A stretch of DNA of 64,000 nucleotides from an uncultured Oscillospiraceae bacterium (GCA_934465295.1 CAKSKU010000013.1:47-64046); one strand, 5' to 3'; shown: positions 7,814 through 17,627, counted from the first letter of the stretch. Notes: a model not told the origin generated them from the sequence alone. Made by a program: numbers and translations.

Positions 7814-8726
7814 TGGATGTCCTCCTTCCCTTTAAGCCAAAACCGTTGCTGAACACGAGTGCAGCGGTGAAAATAAGCGCCATAAGGAGCTTCAGATACT
7901 CCGTAGGCAAGCCAAGCGCAAGTGCGACCGACAAACAGCCCTTGTAAAGTATCGAGCCGAGAATTACCATCGTAGTCGCTTTCATAAACGAAACTTTCTT
8001 GAATACACTCAATCCAATAATAACCGAAGCAAGCGCAAGAACTACCATTCCGACACCCATCTGCTGATCGGCAGAACCCTTTGACTGCGCAACTACCGAA
8101 CCTGCAAGAGCCGCAAAACCGTTTCCTATCGCAAGTCCGAGTATCTTTGAAACGCCGTTGTCCTGACCGAGCATCGTCACGAACTTTTCATTGTCGCCCG
8201 TCGCACGGAGAAGCAGTCCCGACTTCGTTTTAAGATAAAGATCAAGCAAAACCTTGCATATGATCACAAGAATAAGCGAAACTATCGTCGTTCTGAGATA
8301 ATATCCGCCGATGCTCTCGGGAATGAGCGCACCGAACGAGCTGTTGAAAATAGTGTCCTTGTTGAAGAACGTAGCAATAGCCTTTCCGCCCGTGCCTTTG
8401 AGAAGCATTACAAGGTTTATCGAAAGACAGCCCGTGTAAATAAGTATTCCGCAGAGCAAAGGACGGATTTTCAGCTTGACATGGAGCAGTCCCGTCACCG
8501 TTCCTGCCACCATTCCCACCGCAAATGCAATGAGCAGACAAAGCCACGGGTTTACACCCTTCATTATAAGTATGCCCGAAAGGATAGCTCCGAGCGGAAA
8601 TGTTCCGTCAACCGAAAGGTCGGGGAAATCGAGTATGCTGTAAGTAATGTAAACTCCGAGAGCCATAAGCGCATACATAAGACCCTCTTCAAGAGTTACT
8701 ATCAGAATATTTAAAATAACGTTCAT
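7797..8726 (-). CDS. ABC transporter permease (COG4120 type)
   Basis: 309 aa polytopic membrane protein, translationally coupled to the ATPase gene. Confidence 0.85.
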   Translation of the reverse strand: MNVILNILIVTLEEGLMYALMALGVYITYSILDFPDLSVDGTFPLGAILSGILIMKGVNPWLCLLIAFAVGMVAGTVTGLLHVKLKIRPLLCGILIYTGCLSINLVMLLKGTGGKAIATFFNKDTIFNSSFGALIPESIGGYYLRTTIVSLILVIICKVLLDLYLKTKSGLLLRATGDNEKFVTMLGQDNGVSKILGLAIGNGFAALAGSVVAQSKGSADQQMGVGMVVLALASVIIGLSVFKKVSFMKATTMVILGSILYKGCLSVALALGLPTEYLKLLMALIFTAALVFSNGFGLKGRRTSNASAK

Positions 8727-8854
8727 ATAATTCCTCCGTAAAAAATCCAGAACCGCCCCTGTCGGTGTTCACGCTGTTTCGCAGCTTAAAACAGCGGAGC
8801 ATTTTCCGCCGCTTTAAGCTGCGAAGCAAATCAATATTCACTTCGCAGTAATAA

Positions 8855-9925
8855 TTATTCTTCGGAAGAAGAACCTGTTGTAACCTTTTCTGCGTCTGCA
8901 TAAGCTTCGGGAAGCTCAATGCCGAACTGTGCAAGAACATCGGTGTTTACAACGGGAGTACCCTCGGAGATAGTTCCGACAGCCATTGTCTGAGGATCAG
9001 CACCGTTGAGAACTTCAAGTCCCATTTCTGCAGTCTTTTCACCGAGTGCAACATAGTCAAGGCTGATAGAAGCGATACAGCCGTTGATTACCTGTTCGAT
9101 CTCCGAGCCGTAAACAGGAATGTTTGCAGCATTAGCCTTTTCAAGAAGAACGGAAAGGTTGCTTACAACGTTGTTGTCGGTGAAGTTATTGATGCAGTCA
9201 ACCTTTGCAGCGAGTGAAGCGGCAGCCTGTGGAATGTCTGCTGCGCCCTGAACGCCCTGGGACTCAATGGAGATTCCGACTGCGCCTGCAACCTCTTCAA
9301 GCTTTGCAAGCTGAGAAACGGAGTTTGCTTCGGAGGTCGTGTAAAGAACGCCGATAGTCTTGACATCGGGTTGGAGTGCCTGAATAAGAGCTACCTGTGC
9401 TTCAAGGTCAAGGATATCAGAAGTACCGATGCAGTTCTTCGAGCCTGCGTCAAGGCTGTCAACAAGACCTGCTGCAACAGGGTCGGAAACCGCTGTGAAG
9501 ATCACAGGTGTCTGTGAGTTCTGTGTTGCGGAGTAAGCGGAAACTGCGGCAGGTGTTGCAATAGCAAAAATAAGGTCATAGTTCTTCGATGCCATATTCT
9601 TTGCGATAGAGTCGCAGGTCGCACTGTCGAAGTTGCCGTCCTGACGGTCGATTGTGATCTTGTCAGCGATGGAGCTTGACATAAGACCGTTTTCAATGCC
9701 CTGATAGCAGTTGTCAAGCGACGGGTGGCTGCCGAACTGGATAACACCGATGGTGTAGCTGTCCTTTTCAGCGGTCGTGTCTGCATCAGCGGCTGCGCTT
9801 GTTTCAGCGTTCGCATCAGCAGCGCCCGTGTCAGCGTTTGCGTCTGTGTTTGTCGATGAACAGCCTGCGAAAGCAAGTGTCATTGCTGCTGCAACTACTG
9901 CAGCCATAATTTTTTTCATCTTCAT
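8855..9925 (-). CDS. ABC transporter substrate-binding lipoprotein (COG2984 type, TrpX-like)
   Basis: Lipobox LAFAGCSS, an Ala/Thr/Asp-rich linker, and a PBP fold pattern. It is the first gene behind the T-box leader. Confidence 0.8.
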   Translation of the reverse strand: MKMKKIMAAVVAAAMTLAFAGCSSTNTDANADTGAADANAETSAAADADTTAEKDSYTIGVIQFGSHPSLDNCYQGIENGLMSSSIADKITIDRQDGNFDSATCDSIAKNMASKNYDLIFAIATPAAVSAYSATQNSQTPVIFTAVSDPVAAGLVDSLDAGSKNCIGTSDILDLEAQVALIQALQPDVKTIGVLYTTSEANSVSQLAKLEEVAGAVGISIESQGVQGAADIPQAAASLAAKVDCINNFTDNNVVSNLSVLLEKANAANIPVYGSEIEQVINGCIASISLDYVALGEKTAEMGLEVLNGADPQTMAVGTISEGTPVVNTDVLAQFGIELPEAYADAEKVTTGSSSEE

Positions 9926-9997
9926 AAAAATCTCTCCTTAATAAAATATAGGAATGAAATATTTCAAACCGCTATTCACACGGTTTTAAACGATAAT

Positions 9998-10250
9998 AAA
10001 AAAAGCCTTGCCCCAAATAACAAGGGGCAAGACTGTAATATCCTGCGGTACCACCCAAATTCGCCCATAAAAGAGCGCACTCGAAAGCATTATAACGTAT
10101 GCAAAACGTTCTTCCTACTTGATTTTCTCGTTCAGTTGACCCTCATAAGTCCATTCACTGAGATATTGCGCACCGCTTTTCACCAACTGCGGCTCTCTGG
10201 AAGCGAATTGATCCCAATTACTAATCTTAATCATCGGTTTACTTCTATAA
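9998..10250 (-). promoter_or_regulatory. T-box riboswitch leader, probable Trp (UGG) specifier
   Basis: Minus strand: AGAGAG and GGUGAAAA stem-I elements; a GAAUGGA specifier-loop context (UGG at 10151-10153); the T-box AAUUUGGGUGGUACCGCAGG (10042-10061); terminator stem plus U7 (9998-10033). Confidence 0.75.
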
Positions 10251-10255
10251 ATTTT

Positions 10256-10283
10256 ATTATAGCACAATTTTATGCGTTGTCAA
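10256..10283 (-). promoter_or_regulatory. promoter of the T-box/ABC operon
   Basis: Minus strand: TTGACA (10278-10283), 16-nt spacer, TGcTATAAT (10256-10264). Confidence 0.55.
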
Positions 10284-10318
10284 GTGGTAACGGAAAAATT
10301 TTTATCAAAAATATTTTT

Positions 10319-11632
10319 TCAGTCGTCAAGGCAAGCATCAAGAGCATCGGTAATGCCGTGTTTGTCCATCTTCTGACCGATAAATACAAGCTTTATCTCA
10401 CGGTCGCCGTAAATCTCGTCCCAATCCTCGGCAATTTCGGGATACTGCTTGAGAAGACGCTTTCTCTCCTTTTCGGGAGCGGAAGCGAACCACTTGCCCG
10501 ACTCGGTGGCGTTGATCTGAACGCCTGCCTGCTCGAAAACATAAGCGTTGTCACGGTCATCGGAGAACCAGAGCATACCCTTGCAGCGGATAACAGACTT
10601 CGGCCAATTCTCAACGAAATCGCCGAACTTGTCCTGATTGAACGGTCTGCGGCGGCGGTAAACGAAAGTACCGATGCCGTATTCCTCAGCTTCGCCCTCT
10701 TCATCGTTGTGTTCGTGGTCATGATGATGTCCGCAGCTGCAATTGCCGAATTCATCATACTTGTGTTCGTGATGCTCATGCTCATCATGGTCGTGTTCAT
10801 CATGGTCATGATCGTGATGATGTTCATGCTCATGATCGTGGTCATCGTCATCATGATCGTGGTGGTGATGATGATGCTCGTGTTCGTCCTCCTCGTCAAC
10901 ACCCTCTTCGTAAGCCTTTGCCCAGCCTGCGGAAGTAACAGCTTCTTCAAAATCATAGGACTTTGTGTCGAGGATATCCGAAACAGCAACTTCGCCGTAG
11001 TTGGCTTCGATTATCTTAGCCTTAGGCTGAAGCGTCCTTATCATAGCCTTGACTCTGCCGAGCTGGTCGGGAGTTACCTTGTCTACCTTGTTGAGGATAA
11101 TAGTCGTGCAGAATTCGATCTGCTGAATGAGAAGATTTGCAATGTCCTCTTCGCCGATATCATCAGCAAGAAGATCATCGCCGCAGCCGAATTCGCTTGC
11201 CATTCTGAGCGCATCGACAACCGTAACGATGTTGTCAAGACGGCAGATAGCAGGGTAACGCTTGTCTACCTTGCCCTCGAGAACGGAAATGGACTGTGCG
11301 ATCGGGAGAGGCTCACAAATACCGCTTGCCTCGATAAGAATATAGTCGAACTTGCCCGTTTCAATAAGGTCTGTGATCTGATTCATCAGATCGACCTTAA
11401 GTGTACAGCAGATACAGCCGTTGGAAAGCGGAACGAGGTTGTCGTCCTTCTGTGTAACAGTGCCGCCCTTCTGGATAAGCTCCGCATCGATGTTTACTTC
11501 GCCGATATCGTTGACGATAACAGCGGTTTTATAACCCTCCTGATTGTTCAGAACGTGGTTGATAAGTGTAGTTTTTCCTGCGCCGAGGTAACCTGTGAGA
11601 AGTGTGATCGGCACGAGTGGTCTTTTTGCCAT
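10319..11632 (-). CDS. COG0523 (CobW/ZigA/YeiR-like) GTP-binding metallochaperone with His/Asp-rich insert
   Basis: P-loop GYLGAGKTTL, a CxCC motif (GCICCTL), and a ~65-aa stretch dominated by H, D and E. The start is set at MAKRPLVP. Confidence 0.85.
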   Translation of the reverse strand: MAKRPLVPITLLTGYLGAGKTTLINHVLNNQEGYKTAVIVNDIGEVNIDAELIQKGGTVTQKDDNLVPLSNGCICCTLKVDLMNQITDLIETGKFDYILIEASGICEPLPIAQSISVLEGKVDKRYPAICRLDNIVTVVDALRMASEFGCGDDLLADDIGEEDIANLLIQQIEFCTTIILNKVDKVTPDQLGRVKAMIRTLQPKAKIIEANYGEVAVSDILDTKSYDFEEAVTSAGWAKAYEEGVDEEDEHEHHHHHHDHDDDDHDHEHEHHHDHDHDEHDHDEHEHHEHKYDEFGNCSCGHHHDHEHNDEEGEAEEYGIGTFVYRRRRPFNQDKFGDFVENWPKSVIRCKGMLWFSDDRDNAYVFEQAGVQINATESGKWFASAPEKERKRLLKQYPEIAEDWDEIYGDREIKLVFIGQKMDKHGITDALDACLDD

Positions 11633-11728
11633 ATATATCATCCTTTCAGAATATTTTTCGTGCAAATTATATTCTACCACAAAGGTTGACATTTTACAAG
11701 GGTTTTCACAGTTATTTCACCAAAAAAT

Positions 11729-12220
11729 TCAAATTCCGTACATTATATCAAGCAGTGAGATCCCTGTTTTCGTGCGAAAAACCTTTTCACGGAACGTCTT
11801 TATGCTCTCCTTTGAAAGCCCGTCCTCATACGCATTGACAAGAAAATCCGCTTCGAGCAATATCTGCCAGTCCAAGCCGTCTACACCCACATAAGTGTGA
11901 TGATGCCCGATAAGAAAGCATACCCTCTCCGCCTCCTCCGGTGATATCTCGGGGAAGCTTTTCATCATTTCGTGCGCATAAGCAGGACCTTCCTGTTCCT
12001 GAAGCTTACCGTCACAGCGTCCGTACTTTTCCTCGCTCGGTCTTATGCCGATGTCGTGCATTATCGAAGCTATTTCAAGAATTTTCAGCGTTTCTGCATC
12101 AAGCTTTTCAAGCACCCCGATAGTGTGCGCATATTCATAAACCTTCGTGAAATGCTGTATACGCTTAGGATCGCCGCAGTCGAATTTCACCATTTCAATT
12201 ATAAGCTTTTCATTGAGCAT
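11729..12220 (-). CDS. HD domain phosphohydrolase
   Basis: HD motif (IMHDIG) plus downstream His residues (GHHH). Start choice is approximate. Confidence 0.7.
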   Translation of the reverse strand: MLNEKLIIEMVKFDCGDPKRIQHFTKVYEYAHTIGVLEKLDAETLKILEIASIMHDIGIRPSEEKYGRCDGKLQEQEGPAYAHEMMKSFPEISPEEAERVCFLIGHHHTYVGVDGLDWQILLEADFLVNAYEDGLSKESIKTFREKVFRTKTGISLLDIMYGI

Positions 12221-12293
12221 AGTCATTCTCCCAAAAAACAAGGCTTCCGCAGATATCGTCCGCAGAAGCCTCATTGCATTGATTTAAATTATC

Positions 12294-14111
12294 TTATCTA
12301 ACCTGATCTTCGTAAGAGCATCTGAGTGCTGCTTCGTTCAGGCACCAGTTAAGGCACTGATCGTCAGGATCGTATTCCTTGCACTTAGCGAGCATTTCTT
12401 CAACATTCTTGTTGAATTCATCATCGGAAGTGGAGTAGATAGCTCTCCAGGAGTAGTCAACGATGCACTTTGCAACCTGCTGCCATACAACCTTAAGGTC
12501 GTCGGACTGTGCAGATTCGGAGTAAGCTGTTGCAAGGGAAACCTTGTAGTTAACAGTGTTCATATATTCCTGTGTATCGTAGCAGCCTGTGTGTTCTCTC
12601 CAGTCAGCAAGGATATCATAGGTAGCGTTGGAACGTCTGCTCTTCCAGTTCTGATAGTTATATGTGTCGCCGTTGGAATCAGGGTTGGAAGCGTCTCTTG
12701 TCCAGGTCGTGTTGTTTACCTGGAACGAACCTTCATCGTATGTACCGCCGCCCCATTCATCAGGCATCTTTGTGCCCTTCTTGTCAGCCTGGCAGGTCTC
12801 ACCGAATTCGGTAAGGCAGGAGTTGCCTTCTTCATCATAGTACCAGCAAAGATCCTTAGGACCGTACCAGTATGTCATATATCCCTCAGGAGTTGCAAGG
12901 TAGTTGATGATAGCCATGCAAAGCTCGGGGTATTCGGTCTTAGAGCCGATAGTCCATACTCTGTTGCCGCCGAGTACGTTCATACCGTAGCAAAGAGGTG
13001 TTGCATCTTCGGGAACAACAGGGTACATTGCCTTGCCTGCTTCAAGATGCTCTTCTGTGTTATAAAGTGCAGAACCTGCATAGTCGAAGATGGAGAAGAA
13101 TGTACCGCCTGCGGTAACCTTTTCAGCCATTTCATTGTAGGTCTGTGTCATAGAGTCGGGGTCGATAAGACCTGCCTGATAAAGTCTGTTGAAGAACTTG
13201 AGCGACTTCATGTAAGGACCGTCTTCCTCACGGGCATCGTGATATGTGCCGTTTTCAACATCGTAAAGACCGAAGCCCATTTCATCGTAGCCATAGTAGC
13301 AGGTTGCGAATGCCTTAACGTACATTACCATATTGCCGTCCCAGTCAGGCCAGAGCGAAGTAGCATAGGTTTCGCTGCCTGTTTCATCGGTCGGGCAGAT
13401 CTCCTTCATCTTTACCATAAGGTCAAAGAAATCGTCCATTGTCTTTACCTCGGGATAGCCGAGTTCCTTGTAAAGATCGTAACGAACATCCATTGTGTAG
13501 AAGAACGCTTCGTGATCCTCAGGGTTGGTAGCGATATTGTGACCGATACCGTAAACAGTTTCACCTGCGCCGAAAGAATTGCTCAGCTGCGCATTGTTCT
13601 GAATAGCGTAAGGCATATGTTCCTTTATGTAAGGACCATAATCGGAAAGGATATCATCTTCGTTCCAGTCGAAGAGAAGTCCGCCGAGAGCAGCTCTCTG
13701 GTAGTTTGTGCCTGTCGAACCGAAAACGACGAGGTCGCCGAGGTCGCCTGCTTCCATTCTTGTATCGAATGCGCCATCGGCTTCGGGGATGATCGTGATC
13801 TCGCAGTTGAACTTGTCCTTTAAGATCTTAGCGAACCAGCCAGTGAGCTTGCCCGAGTAGTTAGCGAGCTGGCTGTAAGCTGTGAGCTGGATGGTCTCAT
13901 CGCCATAAAGCTCGGAGAACGACGGAACATCACCTGTGGAAGAAGCGGAGCTGTCGCTGTTATCCGCTGCGTCACCGTCATTGCCTGCGTCTGCACTTGC
14001 CGATGAGGTTGTTGAAGCTGCATTGTCCGATGTACCGCTGCCGCCGCAGCCTGCCATTGAAGCAGCCATTGCCAGAGCAAGAACTCCGGCTGCAATTTTC
14101 TTGAATTTCAT
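12294..14111 (-). CDS. extracellular solute-binding lipoprotein (large family-1 sugar SBP), orphan
   Basis: Start at MKFKK behind SD AAAGGAGAGAG. Lipobox MAGCGG and a Ser/Ala/Asp linker are present. 605 aa. No cognate permease genes are adjacent. Confidence 0.75.
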   Translation of the reverse strand: MKFKKIAAGVLALAMAASMAGCGGSGTSDNAASTTSSASADAGNDGDAADNSDSSASSTGDVPSFSELYGDETIQLTAYSQLANYSGKLTGWFAKILKDKFNCEITIIPEADGAFDTRMEAGDLGDLVVFGSTGTNYQRAALGGLLFDWNEDDILSDYGPYIKEHMPYAIQNNAQLSNSFGAGETVYGIGHNIATNPEDHEAFFYTMDVRYDLYKELGYPEVKTMDDFFDLMVKMKEICPTDETGSETYATSLWPDWDGNMVMYVKAFATCYYGYDEMGFGLYDVENGTYHDAREEDGPYMKSLKFFNRLYQAGLIDPDSMTQTYNEMAEKVTAGGTFFSIFDYAGSALYNTEEHLEAGKAMYPVVPEDATPLCYGMNVLGGNRVWTIGSKTEYPELCMAIINYLATPEGYMTYWYGPKDLCWYYDEEGNSCLTEFGETCQADKKGTKMPDEWGGGTYDEGSFQVNNTTWTRDASNPDSNGDTYNYQNWKSRRSNATYDILADWREHTGCYDTQEYMNTVNYKVSLATAYSESAQSDDLKVVWQQVAKCIVDYSWRAIYSTSDDEFNKNVEEMLAKCKEYDPDDQCLNWCLNEAALRCSYEDQVR

Positions 14112-14470
14112 ATACTCTCTCCTTTTGAGGATTTTCGCAAAGCAGTTCCGACCACTCTGCAAACGTTTACACTTTGCACAAAAAACACAAACGATCCAAT
14201 CGTTTTGCAAAGCTATTAATTACAATAAAATTATAACATTTTTCAAATATCAAAACAATAACAATATTATATAATATTACCGCCATATTTTTAGCTATAT
14301 TAAACAAACAGCCCGATATCGGTATTAATAAGAATAACACCGGTATCGGGCAGTATATTTTTGCGATTTAACGAGCGGAGCGGGTATGCTCCGTCCGCCG
14401 CAATAAACTCATTTTACCGTAAAAAGGCACGGCAAAACAGAGTTCGGCAAACTGTCAGAGTGATCCCTTA

Positions 14471-15334
14471 TCAGTTCTTCTTCTTAACTACTACAACTAC
14501 TACAACCGCAACGACTACAACTGCAGCAACGATAGCAATGATAACGCCGACATTGGAGGAAGAGGATTCCTCAGCAGGCTGTGTATCAGCAGCAGCGGCT
14601 TCTGTTTCAGCGGCAGCCGTCTCTGCTTCGGTTTCTGCTTCGGTCTCAGCCTCTGTTACAGCCTCTGTTGTTTCAGCTTCTGTAACTTCTTCTGTTGTTT
14701 CAGCTTCGGTAACTTCTTCTGTTTCAGCTTCTGTTGTTTCAGCTTCAACGCCTGTTCCGGAAACTGTGAACTGGAGCTCGATGGAATTCTCCGGCATCAT
14801 GTAGCCGAAAAGACCGTCCTGCTTGCCAAGATCCTCATTCCAGATGTTGATGCACATCGGGCTCATGTATTCCTTTTCATCAGGGCTGAGGTAAGCTTCA
14901 TCAAATGTGTACTTTGTGTTGCCGTCCATAACTACCTTGACATCGGAAATAGTGATGCCTGCGTCAAGAGGGATATCTGTGGAAACGAAAAGGAGGTTGA
15001 GTGTCTCATCTTCACCGAAATCGAAATCAGTAACGGAAACGCTGTATGTACCGTCGCCTGTGATCTCTGCGTCTGTGAATACGCCGCCCTTGTTTACAGC
15101 GATGTTGCCGGGATTTTCCCAGCCTGTGAGCTGATCGAAATAAACCATTCCGTCATCGGAAGTTACGCCCTGACCGTAGGTTGCATCGTTCCAAGCATTT
15201 CTGAATGTGTAGCTTGCGGACTGAACGCCGAGATATGCGTGATAGGAAACCTCATCTGCAGATGCGGGGATAGCAAGTGCGGAAGCTGCGATAGCTGCTG
15301 CACAAGCTGCGCTTAAAAGCTTTGAAAATTTCAT
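14471..15334 (-). CDS. membrane-anchored surface protein with Thr/Glu/Ala repeat linker
   Basis: Signal peptide, a ~190-aa globular domain, (E/T/A) repeat tracts, and a C-terminal TM helix followed by KKKN. Confidence 0.6.
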   Translation of the reverse strand: MKFSKLLSAACAAAIAASALAIPASADEVSYHAYLGVQSASYTFRNAWNDATYGQGVTSDDGMVYFDQLTGWENPGNIAVNKGGVFTDAEITGDGTYSVSVTDFDFGEDETLNLLFVSTDIPLDAGITISDVKVVMDGNTKYTFDEAYLSPDEKEYMSPMCINIWNEDLGKQDGLFGYMMPENSIELQFTVSGTGVEAETTEAETEEVTEAETTEEVTEAETTEAVTEAETEAETEAETAAAETEAAAADTQPAEESSSSNVGVIIAIVAAVVVVAVVVVVVVKKKN

Positions 15335-15616
15335 AATTATTACCTCTCCTAAAGATAAAATTTATTTTTGTACTCCCCTATGAGTACATCAAAGCTAATA
15401 TATCATACTTTTCAAAGCTTGTCAACCGCCATTTTTCACAAATTAACTGTTATTTACGTTAAATTTTGACCTGATTAATAATATCACAATATCATTTTAA
15501 CACATTGTAAATATATTTTTGGTAACATATAACTATATAATTTATTATCGCACGATATCCTCATTATCAAATATACATTTTTAATTGTTTACACGTTGTC
15601 TTTAGAAGGAGAGCCT

Positions 15617-17572
15617 ATGGCTAAAAGAAAGCTTATAGGGGTTCTGACAGCAAACCCCGAGGGAATATATAATCAGCGCATAATGCAGGGTCTGCTTACG
15701 CAGTGTCGGCTGTACGACTATGACGTGGCAGTATTTTCTCCGCTCGTTCAGGTATGCCACTTCTTTAAACCTTATTTAAAAGGCGAATTGAATATATTTG
15801 AGCTTATCAACTTTGACCTTATCGACGGACTTATCATCCCTCCGATACTGCTCTCCGAAAACGAGCAATATCAAAAGCTTGATGAGATCATGAAGTTCAT
15901 CGGTCAAAAAACAACAAAGCCTGTCGTTCTAATCGACTATCCGTACGGCGATCTCCCCATTGTCATAACGGACGACAGAGGAGCCTTTACCAAAATAACC
16001 GCACATATCCTCGATGTACATAAATGTGACCCCGAAAAGGTATATTTTCTTACGGGAATGAAAGGCTATGCCGTTTCCAACGACCGTCTCGGCGGCTGCC
16101 TCGATGAATACTCCTCACGAAATTTAAAATTTAACGAAAACAATATTTTCTACGGTGATTTCTGGTACAGCGGCGGTGAAAAGCTTGCCGATTCTATTGC
16201 ATGCGGCGAAGTTCCTATGCCCGAAGCCGTTATCTGCGCCAGCGACCATATGGCGATAGGACTTATCCACCGCCTTACCGAAAAGGGCATAAAAGTCCCC
16301 GATCAGGTGATCGTTACAGGCTATGATGCGACTACCGAAGCCGCCCTCAACAGCATCACCGTCACAACATACGCACCGGATGTATCCCACGCAGCGGCAT
16401 TGGCAGTAAACAAGCTCCGTTCGTTCATCGATCCCGATGCGCCTGTCCTCGATCCGCCCGATTTTCCCGAAACAGGTCTGAAAATTTGTTCAAGCTGCGG
16501 CTGTCAGGAAAACTATGAATATCTCCGCAGCCGTCTCTACGGTTCACTTTTCAATGTCAATCATAACTACCATAACGGTAAGCTCACCGATTCAAAATAC
16601 GATATCAGCCTTCTTCTCCAAAGCTATATGCTTGAAAACCTCACAAGTGCCGAAAGCATCACGGACGGTCTTGAAAAGATCATCAGCCACGCTTATCTCC
16701 TCGAACCGATCGACAGATTCTGTCTATGCCTTAATGAAAATTTCCTTGACACTTCCGAGCGTCAGGTCAAGGGTTATCCCGATAAAATGGTTCTCGCAGT
16801 TTCCTATAACAATATGCAGCGTGATCATTCGGGTGACTTTGCAGGCTTTGATTTTCGCAGATCCTTTGATACGAAGCTCATGCTCCCTCAGCTCTCCGAA
16901 GAACGCAGCGAGCCGTCCGTCTTCTACTTTATACCCGTTCATTTCAACGAGTATTCAATTGGCTATGCCGTTCTGGAAAGCAGACTTTCAGCATTAAAGA
17001 CAATAAACACGGTAGACGTAAACTGGATACGAAACGTCAATAACTGCCTTGAAATGCTTCGTATCCGTGAGGAAATACTCAAATTCTCCGAGCGTGACGC
17101 AATGACGGGACTTTATAACCGCCGAGGAATGAACGCCTATATCCGTGACGTTTTCTCGAAAGCGGAATACGGCGATAACGTCGTTGCTTTTGTCATTGAT
17201 ATGGACGGACTGAAATCCATAAACGATACCTACGGACACAGCGAGGGCGACTACGGAATAAACTCCGTTGCCGCAGCTGTAAGCAGCGTGACAAGGAACA
17301 ATGAAATATGTATCCGTGCAGGCGGCGATGAATTCTGCCTTATCGGTGTCGGAAAGTATTCTGCCATTGACCTTATCATAAGAACGGAGCGCTTTAATCT
17401 GGCTCTCAACGAAATAAACAAATCTTCGGGAAAGCCTTATGAAATATCAGCCAGCGTCGGAACAGCAATGCGCCTCTTCACCACCGACCTCAATATCGAT
17501 GAGCTTCTCGAAGAAGCGGACGCAAATATGTATAAAAATAAAGTCAGCCGCAAAAAGCAGCGTACAAATTAA
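15617..17572 (+). CDS. diguanylate cyclase with N-terminal LacI-type (PBP1) sugar-binding-like domain
   Basis: The N-terminus resembles the effector domain of LacI/RbsB proteins. The C-terminus carries a GGDEF domain (RAGGDEF). SD AGGAGA lies before the ATG at 15617. Confidence 0.8.
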   Translation: MAKRKLIGVLTANPEGIYNQRIMQGLLTQCRLYDYDVAVFSPLVQVCHFFKPYLKGELNIFELINFDLIDGLIIPPILLSENEQYQKLDEIMKFIGQKTTKPVVLIDYPYGDLPIVITDDRGAFTKITAHILDVHKCDPEKVYFLTGMKGYAVSNDRLGGCLDEYSSRNLKFNENNIFYGDFWYSGGEKLADSIACGEVPMPEAVICASDHMAIGLIHRLTEKGIKVPDQVIVTGYDATTEAALNSITVTTYAPDVSHAAALAVNKLRSFIDPDAPVLDPPDFPETGLKICSSCGCQENYEYLRSRLYGSLFNVNHNYHNGKLTDSKYDISLLLQSYMLENLTSAESITDGLEKIISHAYLLEPIDRFCLCLNENFLDTSERQVKGYPDKMVLAVSYNNMQRDHSGDFAGFDFRRSFDTKLMLPQLSEERSEPSVFYFIPVHFNEYSIGYAVLESRLSALKTINTVDVNWIRNVNNCLEMLRIREEILKFSERDAMTGLYNRRGMNAYIRDVFSKAEYGDNVVAFVIDMDGLKSINDTYGHSEGDYGINSVAAAVSSVTRNNEICIRAGGDEFCLIGVGKYSAIDLIIRTERFNLALNEINKSSGKPYEISASVGTAMRLFTTDLNIDELLEEADANMYKNKVSRKKQRTN

Positions 17573-17587
17573 ATCTCCGTCAAAAAA

Positions 17588-17627
17588 ACTCCGACCAAGC
17601 CTTGACCTGCTCAGTCGGAGTTTTTTT
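17588..17627. terminator. bidirectional intrinsic terminator
   Basis: Stem ACTCCGAC / GTCGGAGT flanked by an A-run and a T-run, between convergent genes. Confidence 0.65.

Noticed and set aside
10690-10900. Nucleotide-level repeats (CATGAT/CATCAT runs) as a possible satellite or mobile repeat
   Set aside because: They are in frame within the COG0523 gene and simply encode the His/Asp tract.
10136-11689. 517-aa ORF on the + strand
   Set aside because: It is the antisense shadow of the COG0523 gene. Its M/I/V-rich low-complexity core mirrors the His/Asp codon repeats. It has no SD and no recognisable domain, whereas the minus-strand gene has P-loop and CxCC motifs.
11633-11728. Zur box upstream of the COG0523 gene
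   Set aside because: There is no match to the AAATCGTAAT-N-ATTACGATTT-type palindrome. Only an unrelated 7-bp inverted repeat is present, and it is reported as an open question.
12591-13823. 410-aa ORF on the + strand
   Set aside because: It is antisense to the 605-aa solute-binding protein gene, which has an SD, a lipobox and a coherent domain pattern. The antisense ORF has none of these.
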